Source of the DNA: an uncultured Gemmatimonadales bacterium
Lineage (GTDB): Bacteria; Gemmatimonadota; Gemmatimonadetes; Gemmatimonadales; Gemmatimonadaceae
Assembly: GCA_963793305.1 (NCBI GenBank)
Contig: CAWBZV010000012.1
Coordinates: 32,001-96,000 of the forward strand
Direction: 5' to 3'
Length of the DNA: 64,000 nucleotides
The notes under the pieces were generated by a model. That model searched no databases and was not told the origin of the DNA. It saw only the letters and a program-made list of their open reading frames with translations. Position numbers and translations under genes: made by a program. Shown piece by piece: positions 10,259 to 20,271 of the stretch; position 1 is the first letter of the stretch; each line of letters starts with the position of its first letter.

Positions 10259-12585
10259 AAGAGATAGGTGACTTTCACGAAGAAACTATCGGACGTGCGC
10301 GTCAGGCCGGTGAAGTTGAAGGCCCACGGCTCGGAGTAGGCGCCGCCGTACCCCAGAAAGAAGACCGTGCCCGGCGTTGGTTGATACGAAAATAAAAAGT
10401 TGCTACTGACGGAGTTGGACACGTAGTGCAGCGCCGGCGTATATGCCCCGGTGGTCGGATCGCGGATCACGATCGGATCATTCGTGCGTCCATCGTCCCG
10501 CAGATTGGCTTGCGCCGCCGAGTTGTACTGGCCGATGAAGCGAACGTAGATGGGCCGCGAGAGCTGGTAGGCGATCTCGAGGTAGGGCACGCGCTGCACG
10601 TAGACTTGCGTGTTGTCCGATCGCCGGACGTATTGATTCTGCGCGTAGATGAGCGAGATGCGCGCGCGATCGTTCGGGCGCCAATCGATCGTCGAGTTGA
10701 CGAAGAAGATCCACGCCGACGACCACTCGTAGAAATTGTCGTCGAACCCCGAGAGGATCTGCACGGACGCATCGAAGCGCTTCCAGTTCGGCGTGGCAAA
10801 CCCGGTGACGATGTCGAGGTTGGGCAGGTTCCCCGTCGTCTTCCCCGCATTGTACGGCACGGTGTCGTGACCCGCGACGTAGTAGTAGTTGGCGTAGAGC
10901 GTCGGGTCGTAGCCGTACGTCTCGACGAAGACATTCCCATACAGCTGCCACCCGCCGCGCAACGCGACGGTGTTGCTGAAGTGCCAGCGGACGTCCTCGC
11001 CGCGATGCAGCGCCTCGAAGTGATTGTAGACCCACGTGGTGACTTGGGCGAAGTCGAATGTGTAGCTCTGAAAGAGCCCGTCGGGTTTCCCGTAGAAGAT
11101 CAGCGCGTTGTCGAACGTCGTGTTGACGATGCCGGCGCGCGAGATGAACCCGTCCTGATCGACGAAGTGCGGATCGATGGCGTTGATCGCCCAGGTGAGC
11201 CGCAGGTGATGGCCGTTGCGCTCGAACAGCGCGTTCCACAAGCCGCCCAGTCCGCGGACCGAGTCGGAGTGCGTCGAGCTCATCACGCCTTGCAGGCGGA
11301 GATCGTAGATGCCACCGAACACGGTGCGGGTATCGATCCCGGCGACGTGATTGTACAGTGAGGCGTCTTCGCGATCGGCGCCGAGGAGGCCGATGGTCGT
11401 CCCGAAGCCGATTTCGCGGCGCGCGCGCAGGATGTTGACGTACGGGTGATCCTGTCCGGTCAGCGATGCACTCGATGCGTCGACGGCAGACAGGAGGCCG
11501 ACGCTCGCGCCGGCAAGCTCGCCGCTGACCTTGGCGGCGCCATCTGGTTGCAGGATGCGACGCGTGTACACCAGGCCTGACGGCGTGTCGAACTGCTCGA
11601 GCCCATCGAGGAAAAACGGGCGCTTCTCGGGGAAAAACAACGCATTGCGCGGGTCGTAGGATATCTGCGGAACGTCCGACTCGACTTGTGAGAAGTCGGG
11701 ACGTACGGTCCCATCCAATGTCAAATTGTCAGTAATTCCCCAGCGAACGTTGCCGCCGGGGTGGAGCGGCTGGACGCCGTACTTCCAGCCGTTTGGCCCG
11801 GGATTGCCGTCGGTCGTCGAGGTGAGCTCCGGATTGACGTTGAGCACCGTTCCGCGACTCAGACCGGTCAATCCTTCGAGCGTCCCCGATTGCGCGAGAA
11901 ATGACGCGGCGGCGAGTCGGGCTGGCGCCCAGGTGTCCTGAAAGCCGGAATGTTGGACCTGGCGCACGATGTTCAAGCGCCATTGTTGTTCACCGGACGT
12001 GAACCGGATGCTGGCAAACGGAATCTTGACCTCGACCTCGTAGCCGAAATCGGTCACGTGGCCCCGCGACTCCCACGTGTAATCGGTCGAGAAGTCCACC
12101 GTGTCGCGCGAGCTTGCGGCGGCGCCGAGGCCCGAACCACGGCTCTGCATGCCTTCGCTCAGGATACCATCGGCTTGAATGCCCAGCGGATTGACCCCGA
12201 AGACGTAGGCCGTCCGGTGGTCGTGCGACGTGTCGAGGATGATCTGCACGTAGTCGTCGGCCGCGATCTTGTCCCGGTCGGCGAGGGTCGCATGCACAGG
12301 ACCGTGGGCCTCGTACGCCCGAATGCCGAAGTAGATGGCGCGCTTCGAGTAAAAGACCAGCACGACGGTCGAGTCGGCGGCCGGAAGACCATCCACTGGA
12401 AGGAATTGCGAGAATCCCGTGAGGCGCGCCGCCTGGCCCCACGCGGGCTCGTCGAGCACGCCATTGACCGTGATATCGGCGTCGACGCGTGGCGCATGCA
12501 CCGTGACTTGGCCGGCCCGCCCGTCGTACACGGGCGCTGGCTCACCGTGCAAAACGGAGAGCAACGAGATGATAGAGGAGATCAC
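10237..12585 (-). CDS. CBM9-like / DUF5916 outer-membrane protein
   Basis: NGVLDEPAW, FGVNPLGIQAD, VEVKIPFASIRF, PDFSQVESD, FPEKRPFFL. Start set at GTG 12585, which has CATACT 5 nt upstream. Confidence 0.85.
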   Translation of the reverse strand: MISSIISLLSVLHGEPAPVYDGRAGQVTVHAPRVDADITVNGVLDEPAWGQAARLTGFSQFLPVDGLPAADSTVVLVFYSKRAIYFGIRAYEAHGPVHATLADRDKIAADDYVQIILDTSHDHRTAYVFGVNPLGIQADGILSEGMQSRGSGLGAAASSRDTVDFSTDYTWESRGHVTDFGYEVEVKIPFASIRFTSGEQQWRLNIVRQVQHSGFQDTWAPARLAAASFLAQSGTLEGLTGLSRGTVLNVNPELTSTTDGNPGPNGWKYGVQPLHPGGNVRWGITDNLTLDGTVRPDFSQVESDVPQISYDPRNALFFPEKRPFFLDGLEQFDTPSGLVYTRRILQPDGAAKVSGELAGASVGLLSAVDASSASLTGQDHPYVNILRARREIGFGTTIGLLGADREDASLYNHVAGIDTRTVFGGIYDLRLQGVMSSTHSDSVRGLGGLWNALFERNGHHLRLTWAINAIDPHFVDQDGFISRAGIVNTTFDNALIFYGKPDGLFQSYTFDFAQVTTWVYNHFEALHRGEDVRWHFSNTVALRGGWQLYGNVFVETYGYDPTLYANYYYVAGHDTVPYNAGKTTGNLPNLDIVTGFATPNWKRFDASVQILSGFDDNFYEWSSAWIFFVNSTIDWRPNDRARISLIYAQNQYVRRSDNTQVYVQRVPYLEIAYQLSRPIYVRFIGQYNSAAQANLRDDGRTNDPIVIRDPTTGAYTPALHYVSNSVSSNFLFSYQPTPGTVFFLGYGGAYSEPWAFNFTGLTRTSDSFFVKVTYLFHLGNSL

Positions 12586-12704
12586 GCGACAGTATGAGGA
12601 ATGCGCGGTCGGAAGAACAGAGACCGATGTATACAAACAGAATACTAGGGTCCGGTCTCGTTAATCATTTGCTTCAAACAATTTATCGTCGCGATGTCCT
12701 ATTA

Positions 12705-12733
12705 TTGACAGTTCTTCCACCGCGCGTTACTGA
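12705..12733 (+). promoter_or_regulatory. Putative sigma70 promoter for susCD
   Basis: Perfect TTGACA, 17-nt spacer, imperfect -10 TACTGA in an AT-rich intergenic region; GAGGAGG RBS downstream. Confidence 0.4.
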
Positions 12734-12762
12734 ATCCCTGACTTTATTAGAGGAGGATTGGA

Positions 12763-15735
12763 GTGAGACGATTAATAGTGAGATCGCTCGGGCTCCTAGG
12801 GCTGTTGGTGGTTGCAGGACCGGCATCGGCACAGGAGCCGGGTGCCCGTCTCGTGGGTCACGTGATCGACGTGGCTGACAAAGTGCCAGTCCCCGCCGCG
12901 CAGGTGTCCGTGACCGGTACCACGATCGGCGCGCTGACGAACGACAGTGGGATGTTCGCGCTCCGCTTGCCGAGCGATGCGAAATCGCTGACGGTGCGCC
13001 GTATTGGCTACCGCCAGACGACGATCGCGGTGACTGCCGGGCAGACCGAGATCACGATCGCGCTCGAGAAAGACGTGCTCAAACTCGAGCAACAGGTGAT
13101 TACGGGCGTCGCGACGACCGTTTCCTCTCGGAATTCGGCCAACGACGTGGCGGTGGTGAACTCGCAGCAAGTGAACGAAGTGCCGGCACCGACCGTCGAA
13201 AGCGCCCTCCAGGGCAAGATCGCCGGCGCCGTGATCCAGGAGAACAACGGCGGCGCGCCGGGCGGCGGACTCCAGGTGCAGATCCGCGGCATCACTTCGA
13301 TCAACGCGAATGCCGAGCCGCTCTACGTCATTGACGGCGTGATCGTCAACAACGAGACGGTCAACAACGACATCAACGCCATCAATAATTCCGGCGGTGG
13401 TCAGACCTCGACCGGCCAGAACGCCGCCAACGCGCCGAGCTTCGAGGACAGCGGTGTCAACCGCATCGCGGACATCAATCCCGCGGACATCGAGACGATC
13501 GAAGTGCTCAAGGGCGCGTCGGCGTCCGCGATCTACGGGTCGAAGGCGTCAGCCGGCGTCGTCGTCATCACGACAAAGCACGGCACGGCCGGCAAGCCGA
13601 AGTGGGACCTCTCGACCAAGGTCGGCCACTTCGAGGACGCGAACACCCTCCCGCTCCGGCAGTTCCCGACGCTCCAAAGTGCGCTCGCCTGGGGCGCCGA
13701 GTATGGCCATCCGGCCGACTCGATCAAGAAGTACTACGCGGGCCCGCAGAACTATCAAAGTCAGCTCTTCGGCAGCCAAGCGGCGTCGTACTCCGCCGAC
13801 CTGAGCGTCTCGGGGACGGCCGGTGCCACGCAGTACTTCCTATCGGGCAGCACGAAGTACGACAATGGCCTCGAGAACAACACCGGATACAACAAACAGT
13901 CGATCCGGTCCAACGTCGCACAGGAGCTCGGGTCCAACCTCAAGGTCTCGGCGAACCTGAGCTACATGCACGACCTCACGCGCCGCGGCATCACCGGGAA
14001 CGACAACATCGGCGTCAGCCCGTACAACGTGTTCTCGTATACGCCGCAGTTCGTGAAGATGAACGCGCAGAGCGCCAACGGCAGCTGGCCGTGGAACGGA
14101 TTCGGCCCGGCCAACCCGTTCGCCGATGCGGCCGAGATCCAGACGCCCGAGCAGGTGAGCCGCTTCATCGGCGGTGGGACGGTCGACTGGACGATCTTCC
14201 AGCAAGAGCACCAGTCGCTCAAGCTGAACATCCAAGGCGGGGCCGACTTGACGAGCGTCAGCGACCTGCTGTACGCGCCGCCCGACCTGCAGGTCGAGCA
14301 GCTGGAGCCCAGCGCTCTTCCGGGCACGTCAGTCTCGAACTCGGCGACCACGAACTACTTCAACTACGGGTTCAACCTCAGCCACACGTACACGGGCCTG
14401 TCGTTCCTCGAAGCCACGACCTCCGTCGGCTACAACCGCGATCGCCGGTCGACGCTCAATCCCGTGACGGTCGGACAAAATCTGCTGGCCGGCGTCAGCT
14501 CGCCGACCGTCGGCACCGTGCAGGAGAACTTCCTGTATCACACGGAGCAGTACGATCAGTCGTTCTATGGGCAGGAGCAGTTGCAGTTCCTGCAGCGCGT
14601 GACCGTCACGGGCGGCATCACCGCCGAGCGGTCGACCAGCGACGGATTCGTCGACCAGTGGTACTACTATCCGCGCTTTTCGGGCTCGTTCCTGGTGCCC
14701 GAGTTCTCCCACGCGGTCAATGAGCTCAAGTTCCGCGCGGCATACGGGCAGTCGGGCAACCTGCCGAACTACGGCGTCAAATACACGCCGTACCTCCCGA
14801 CGCAGGATGGCGGCTTGAATGGCCTCGGCGCGAACTCGCTGCATGGCGCCACGAACATTCGGCCGGAGTCGGAAACGGAGATCGAGGCGGGCCTGGACCT
14901 CACACTGTTCGACTCGCGCGTCCAGATCTCCCCGACTGTGTATCAGAAGCGCCTGACCGACCTGCTCCTGCAGGCGAGCGTCGCGCCATCGCTCGGATAC
15001 CAGAACCAGTGGTTCAACGGCGGCCAGTTCACGAACCGCGGTATCGAAGTCGCACTCACGATGACGCCGATCCAGATGAAGGGCGGCAGCTGGGTGTCGA
15101 CGACCACGTTCTATCGGAACTACAGCCGGGTCGACGCGCTGCCGACGACGCCCGGTCTGATCGGCAACACGTATGGATTCGGCGAAGGCTACGTGGCGGT
15201 CGGCCGGTCGGTGTCGGAGATCGTGAACACCGCGGCGAACCTCCCGAGTGGCTTGCCCGTGCAAGTCGGCGACTTCCAGCCGGCCTACCGGATGAGCTTC
15301 AGCAACGAGTTCAACGTCGGACCGTTCCGGCTCTTTGCGTTAGTTGATTGGAGCCGTGGCGGTCAAACCATCAACCTCACCGATCTCTACTTCGACGGCG
15401 GGCCGGGCCTGTGGGGCGACTCGGCGGTATCCGCGAAGCGGTTCGCCAGCTTCGCGGGCGGCGCCACCGCGTATGTCGAGCCGGCGGATTACCTCAAACT
15501 GCGCCAGGTGTCCTTCAGCTACTCGCTCCCCTCGCAGCTCTTTGCGTTCACGCACGGGCGCATCTCGAACGCCAAGCTCTCGATCACGGGCCGCAACCTC
15601 CTCGCGCAGTTCAAGTACGACGGCTTGGACCCTGAGCTCAGCACGAATGGAAACCAGACGGTGACTCGCGGCCAGGAAATCACGAACTACCCGCCGGCCC
15701 GCAGCTATTTCCTCGGCCTCGAACTCGGATTCTAA
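12763..15735 (+). CDS. susC: SusC/RagA family TonB-linked outer-membrane protein
   Basis: Signal peptide, carboxypeptidase-regulatory-like N-domain, plug motifs (EPLYVIDGV, DINPADIETIEVLKGASASAIYGSKASAGVVVITTK), terminal Phe. Confidence 0.95.
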   Translation: MRRLIVRSLGLLGLLVVAGPASAQEPGARLVGHVIDVADKVPVPAAQVSVTGTTIGALTNDSGMFALRLPSDAKSLTVRRIGYRQTTIAVTAGQTEITIALEKDVLKLEQQVITGVATTVSSRNSANDVAVVNSQQVNEVPAPTVESALQGKIAGAVIQENNGGAPGGGLQVQIRGITSINANAEPLYVIDGVIVNNETVNNDINAINNSGGGQTSTGQNAANAPSFEDSGVNRIADINPADIETIEVLKGASASAIYGSKASAGVVVITTKHGTAGKPKWDLSTKVGHFEDANTLPLRQFPTLQSALAWGAEYGHPADSIKKYYAGPQNYQSQLFGSQAASYSADLSVSGTAGATQYFLSGSTKYDNGLENNTGYNKQSIRSNVAQELGSNLKVSANLSYMHDLTRRGITGNDNIGVSPYNVFSYTPQFVKMNAQSANGSWPWNGFGPANPFADAAEIQTPEQVSRFIGGGTVDWTIFQQEHQSLKLNIQGGADLTSVSDLLYAPPDLQVEQLEPSALPGTSVSNSATTNYFNYGFNLSHTYTGLSFLEATTSVGYNRDRRSTLNPVTVGQNLLAGVSSPTVGTVQENFLYHTEQYDQSFYGQEQLQFLQRVTVTGGITAERSTSDGFVDQWYYYPRFSGSFLVPEFSHAVNELKFRAAYGQSGNLPNYGVKYTPYLPTQDGGLNGLGANSLHGATNIRPESETEIEAGLDLTLFDSRVQISPTVYQKRLTDLLLQASVAPSLGYQNQWFNGGQFTNRGIEVALTMTPIQMKGGSWVSTTTFYRNYSRVDALPTTPGLIGNTYGFGEGYVAVGRSVSEIVNTAANLPSGLPVQVGDFQPAYRMSFSNEFNVGPFRLFALVDWSRGGQTINLTDLYFDGGPGLWGDSAVSAKRFASFAGGATAYVEPADYLKLRQVSFSYSLPSQLFAFTHGRISNAKLSITGRNLLAQFKYDGLDPELSTNGNQTVTRGQEITNYPPARSYFLGLELGF

Positions 15736-15737
15736 CG

Positions 15738-17177
15738 ATGAGACGCATACTTCTTCTCAGCCTCGCCGGCACCGCGCTCGTCGGGTGCAAGGACTCGAAC
15801 GTCCCGTTCCTCACGGCGCCGACGAACATTCCGAACTCGACGGCGGGCATTCAGAATGCCGTGACGGGCCTCATCAGCGGCTCACGCAACGACGTGCAGA
15901 GTTACATGGTCGATGCGGCGGCCTTCGCGCGCGACGGTGGCAACTACACCAACACTGAGCCACGCTTTATCACCTACGAGTTGGGCCTCGACCCGATCAA
16001 TCCGGCGTGGTCGAGTACGTGGACATTCAGCTACGCCAACATTCTGCAGGCGCACCAGATCATCAGCACGGTGCCGCAGATCGCGCCCACGTTGTCGACC
16101 GCCCAGGCGGCGGCCCTCACGGGGGTGGTGCAGACCATCGAGGCGTACAACTACATGAACGTGGCCGAGGATCATGACTCGCTCGGCATGGCGATCCTCC
16201 CGGCGCAGACCACCGGGACGACGCCACCACCAGCGGTGTGCTTCAAGGATGGCTGGAAGTACATCACGGCACTCCTCGACTCCGCCTACACGAACCTGCA
16301 GGCTGGCGGCGGCGGAGCACTGCCCGTTAAGCTCCCGGACGGATTCAGCGCAGTGAGCGCCTCTGGGACCGCGTTTGCGTCTTTCAACCGCGCGCTCGCG
16401 GGCAAGGCGTACCTCGAGTATGCCTACGCGATCGCTCGGAGCTCCGGCGGCTCGGCACCGACGCCGACGACCGCTGGCTCGCCGGACCTGACAGCCTTGA
16501 CCGCGGCGGACAACGCTCTCGCACTATCGGCGTTGCTCGACACGACCAAGCTCACGGTCAACTCCCCGGCCGGCTTCACACCCGACGGCTATAGCGTGCT
16601 CCATAACTTCAGCGGCAAGTCGGGCGATGCCGTCAACCCGATGAACGGCCTATTCGGCACGTTCCGCATCCTCAACACGATCCCGTCGAGCCAGGATACG
16701 GTGAAGGATGCCCGCTGGCTGGCGAAGTTCCAGATCACGACCGCCGCCCCACAGCAGCAGACGTACGACGCGCCCGTGTCACCGTATATCTATACGATGT
16801 ACGCCACCACAGACTCGTATATCCCGATCGTTCGGAACGAAGAGCTGGCGCTCGTGCGCGCGCAGATCCAGCTTGGCCTGGGGAACTACGCGACCGCGGC
16901 GAACTACATTAATGCCGTACGGACCAGAGTCGGCAAGTTGCCGGCGGCGGTGATCGCCGCGACCTACCTCTCGACCCGCGACGCACTGCTCCACGAGCAG
17001 CAAATCTCGACCGCGCTCGAGGCGAGCGGCGACCGCATGATCGCCCTGCGCATGTACGACCTGGAAGTGCAGCAGGATACGACGTGGGGCAAAAACGACC
17101 TCCACACAACCGTCCAACCCATTCCGTTCGCGGAGACCACCGCGCGCGGCGGTAGCTTCACCACCACCTGTCCGTAG
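15738..17177 (+). CDS. susD: SusD/RagB family lipoprotein
   Basis: Lipobox LVGC; IPIVRNEELALVRAQ and INAVRTR motifs; directly downstream of susC. Confidence 0.9.
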   Translation: MRRILLLSLAGTALVGCKDSNVPFLTAPTNIPNSTAGIQNAVTGLISGSRNDVQSYMVDAAAFARDGGNYTNTEPRFITYELGLDPINPAWSSTWTFSYANILQAHQIISTVPQIAPTLSTAQAAALTGVVQTIEAYNYMNVAEDHDSLGMAILPAQTTGTTPPPAVCFKDGWKYITALLDSAYTNLQAGGGGALPVKLPDGFSAVSASGTAFASFNRALAGKAYLEYAYAIARSSGGSAPTPTTAGSPDLTALTAADNALALSALLDTTKLTVNSPAGFTPDGYSVLHNFSGKSGDAVNPMNGLFGTFRILNTIPSSQDTVKDARWLAKFQITTAAPQQQTYDAPVSPYIYTMYATTDSYIPIVRNEELALVRAQIQLGLGNYATAANYINAVRTRVGKLPAAVIAATYLSTRDALLHEQQISTALEASGDRMIALRMYDLEVQQDTTWGKNDLHTTVQPIPFAETTARGGSFTTTCP

Positions 17178-17184
17178 GTCGCGC

Positions 17185-17955
17185 TTAGCGCGGCGGCGAC
17201 GAATCCTCTTTCGTCGCCGCCGTGTCGGCGGCTGTCTCCGGACCGACGCCCATCGTCCGCAGATAGAGATTCAGCGAGCCGAACGTCAGCTTCGACTTGA
17301 TCTGCAGCACCGCCCGCGTCGAATCGTCCGAGACCCACACCTCGGCGTGCCCGCCCTCTGAAAAAATTCCCGGCGTCTTGAAGATCGGCTGCACGACGAT
17401 CGCGTCGAACGTCCCCGCCGGCACCGTGACCTTCTCTTTCCGCAGCACCTTCAGGATGACGGGGTTGATCTTCGGCCGGAAATACCGGTCGTACTGATAC
17501 GTCTGCCCCACGACGAGCGGCTGGGTCCTCACAAAATACAAGAACGTCGCGTCGTCCAACGGATTCGGCACCGAGGGCTCGGGCTGCTTCCCTTCCTGCT
17601 GCATCGTCTGCGACTCGGGATAGAACTCGAATCGCCGATGCACGTGATGCCCGCCCTCGTTGACGTCCTGCCAGAACCGGAACAACGTCATCGTCGACGG
17701 ATCGAACCAGCTCTCGGTCGTGTCGTTCACGTGATATAACAACGCGCTCCCCTGCACCGCGAACAAGACGTGCAACACGTCCTTCCCGTGCACCGTGTCA
17801 CCGCCGGTCAGCGCGAGCGTCGCGTGCCCCACGCGCAGGGAGCCAAATTTCACGTTGTACGTGAAGCGCTCCCCTGCTTTGAACGGGATCGGGTCCGTCT
17901 GCGCCGCGACGGTCCGGGCCGCGAGCGCGAGACCCGCAATGAGGGAAAACCGCAC
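17185..17955 (-). CDS. DUF3108-domain secreted protein
   Basis: PFKAGERFTY, EKVTVPAGTFDA, EVWVSDD; signal peptide from GTG 17955. Confidence 0.8.
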   Translation of the reverse strand: MRFSLIAGLALAARTVAAQTDPIPFKAGERFTYNVKFGSLRVGHATLALTGGDTVHGKDVLHVLFAVQGSALLYHVNDTTESWFDPSTMTLFRFWQDVNEGGHHVHRRFEFYPESQTMQQEGKQPEPSVPNPLDDATFLYFVRTQPLVVGQTYQYDRYFRPKINPVILKVLRKEKVTVPAGTFDAIVVQPIFKTPGIFSEGGHAEVWVSDDSTRAVLQIKSKLTFGSLNLYLRTMGVGPETAADTAATKEDSSPPR

Positions 17956-17956
17956 G

Positions 17957-19144
17957 TCAGGCCAACGCGGGCTCGGCGCGGAGCCGGCGACGGAGCGCGA
18001 AGCGCCTCCGCGCGAGCGCGAGCCCAATCAACATCGCGGCCGTCACCAGAATGCTGGAGCGGAGCGCCCATGTCTTCGGGCCATCGAGCTGTGCTCCGGG
18101 CCGCGCCAACTTCTTGCCATCATATCGCACAATCGGATTCAAGAACATGAGCGTATGGGGTGTCGAGATCACCGTGCGCACATATGGATCACCGGGCTGG
18201 ATGGCATACGATGCCGACTGGACACCGAACGCCCGAGCGAGCAATCGGCCACCTTGCCCGATAAAGTCAATGCGCGACACGGGTCCCTCACAGGTCACGG
18301 TGAGTGTATCACCGCGAACCGCAATCTGTTCCGGATGCGCGTCGCTTCTCGCTTGATGTCCAGCCACCGCATAGGTCCGCCCGGCTTTGAGCGCCTCAAC
18401 GACGTCGGCGGCTCTCGTGCTCGGCGTCAGAATTTCCGTCCACATCGCGCCAGTCTGCCCGGCGTCCGTGATGTTGTGCGAGTCGTCACTGCCGATCGCC
18501 CAGACGGCGTGCCCGCTCGAGAGCGCGACATCCCACAGTGAGTCCGAGACCACGAAGTGGTTGAGCACTTCGAAGAGCTGATAGTGCGTCAGAAAGCGAA
18601 GATCGTCTCGCGAATACCCGCCGCGTAACGCGGGATGCGCGAGCGCGACCAATGACGCGTCGCCGGCGACCCGATCAATGACGTACTGCTTCTCCGAGCG
18701 CGACTGGGGCAGCGGAAAGTCGAACCAGACGACATGCCGCGCGTTGATCCCCAAGAGATGCGTCTTGAGCGCATTGACCCCATGCTCGTACACGGGCACG
18801 AACGACGAATCGGTCCGATGGTGATCGATGTGCAGGTAATCCGACACGCCCGCGATGTCGTAGCCCAACTTGTTATAGTAGTAATCGACGATGGCGCTGT
18901 CTGTTTGGCGCCCCTCGGTGAGCCCACCCCACGCCCGGCCATGCGCATGGAAGTTCGCGGTCCGCCAGTGCGCGCCAGCGGGGGCATCGGCGTACGGATT
19001 ATAAAAGGCCGTGCCGCTGAACGGGGCTGGTGTTGGAAAGCGATATACCGGACCAATCGCATACGGCGCGATCGCGATCCCCAGCGGGACCCCGATCACG
19101 ATCAGCGCTGCCCATTTCACGAACGCGACTATACGCTGCACCAT
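17957..19144 (-). CDS. Membrane-anchored PHP-domain metallo-phosphoesterase
   Basis: NFHAH, SDY, EHG, AHP, GSDDSH metal motifs; TM helices at both ends; start may be GTG 19141. Confidence 0.75.
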   Translation of the reverse strand: MVQRIVAFVKWAALIVIGVPLGIAIAPYAIGPVYRFPTPAPFSGTAFYNPYADAPAGAHWRTANFHAHGRAWGGLTEGRQTDSAIVDYYYNKLGYDIAGVSDYLHIDHHRTDSSFVPVYEHGVNALKTHLLGINARHVVWFDFPLPQSRSEKQYVIDRVAGDASLVALAHPALRGGYSRDDLRFLTHYQLFEVLNHFVVSDSLWDVALSSGHAVWAIGSDDSHNITDAGQTGAMWTEILTPSTRAADVVEALKAGRTYAVAGHQARSDAHPEQIAVRGDTLTVTCEGPVSRIDFIGQGGRLLARAFGVQSASYAIQPGDPYVRTVISTPHTLMFLNPIVRYDGKKLARPGAQLDGPKTWALRSSILVTAAMLIGLALARRRFALRRRLRAEPALA

Positions 19145-19163
19145 GGAAAGCTATATTGGCTCC

Positions 19164-20258
19164 ATGACGAGCACACGTGGCGCGGCCATCGTCTACCGTC
19201 TCTATGATGTGGGCTTCGAAATCGATCTCAATCGCGCGGCCGAGCTGCTCACGGCGGCGCGCGATGCGGGCGAGCCCTTGCGTGTGCGACCGGTGCGTGG
19301 GGAGGCCCAAGCGATTCAGATCGCGAACCCACCGATCACGGTGGCGCTCGGCGCCGAGTCGCTGGGGGTTCCCGGCGCCGCAGGGCCCGCGGAGGTCTCG
19401 ACCAGGATCTTCGACTTTGGCGTCGTCTCGCTGCGGATCACGATCCCCGCCGCCGAGATGACGTGGGCCGAGTTCACGGCTTTTGGCAATGCGGTGGACG
19501 TGGGGTTCGACCTGACGCCGATATTCGACCGCCAGCTGGCGTCGCTGCTGGCCTGCATCGGGCCGGCGGTCGAGCGACAGGAGGTCAAGAAGGTCACCGA
19601 AGACTACGTCGTCTTTCGCATCACCTCGCGCCTGAGTCCGGATACCTGGCGCGATGAGAACATTGTCCCGTTGTTGCTCAACGAGCGGCGAGCGCTCTCC
19701 GACATCGCGCGGAGCGAGCTCCTGCCGCATCGGTTCTCGTACTACACCGATGACCTGACCATCCTCACGTGGGACAACGCGCTCATCGTCGAGCCGTCGG
19801 CGGACGACGCGGACGTCCAATACATCCTCGAGTTCGCCAACGCGCAACTGCTCGAGCTCCGCGTGTACGATGCGATTCTCGACGCCGAGTTGCCGAAGAT
19901 GTACGATCGCGTTGCCGTGGCGCGGCCGCGGGGCGCCGGCCTCTTGCGCGGGCGATACGCGCTCATCCTCGCCGATTTGCAGGCGCTCGTCGCGGATTCG
20001 ACGGAGCTGGTCGAGCGCGTCGAGAGCGCGCTCAAGGTCACGGACGACGTCTATCTCGCGCGGATCTACACGGCGGCGCTGGAGATTTTCCGGGGTCGCG
20101 AGTGGCGCGCCGCGATCGACCGCAAGTTGTCGATCATTCGCGAGACGTACGACATGCTGAATGCGGAGTCGCAGGCCGCCCGCTCGGAGGCTCTCGAGCT
20201 CTTGATCGTGGTGTTGATCATGCTCGAGATCCTCCTCGCGATTCTACTCCGCCATTAG
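19164..20258 (+). CDS. RMD1/DUF155-like protein with C-terminal TM helix
   Basis: LYDVGFEIDL, IFDFGVVSL, LEFANAQLLELRVYD, LELLIVVLIMLEI; TATATT box 6 nt before ATG. Confidence 0.7.
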   Translation: MTSTRGAAIVYRLYDVGFEIDLNRAAELLTAARDAGEPLRVRPVRGEAQAIQIANPPITVALGAESLGVPGAAGPAEVSTRIFDFGVVSLRITIPAAEMTWAEFTAFGNAVDVGFDLTPIFDRQLASLLACIGPAVERQEVKKVTEDYVVFRITSRLSPDTWRDENIVPLLLNERRALSDIARSELLPHRFSYYTDDLTILTWDNALIVEPSADDADVQYILEFANAQLLELRVYDAILDAELPKMYDRVAVARPRGAGLLRGRYALILADLQALVADSTELVERVESALKVTDDVYLARIYTAALEIFRGREWRAAIDRKLSIIRETYDMLNAESQAARSEALELLIVVLIMLEILLAILLRH

Positions 20259-20271
20259 CGCGCGGCTCGTC

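Noticed and set aside
12645..12660. CTAGGGTCCGG as a second ykkC-like RNA upstream of susC
   Set aside because: Lacks the P1 pairing, the CCGAG segment and the ATAAAAG P3 loop.
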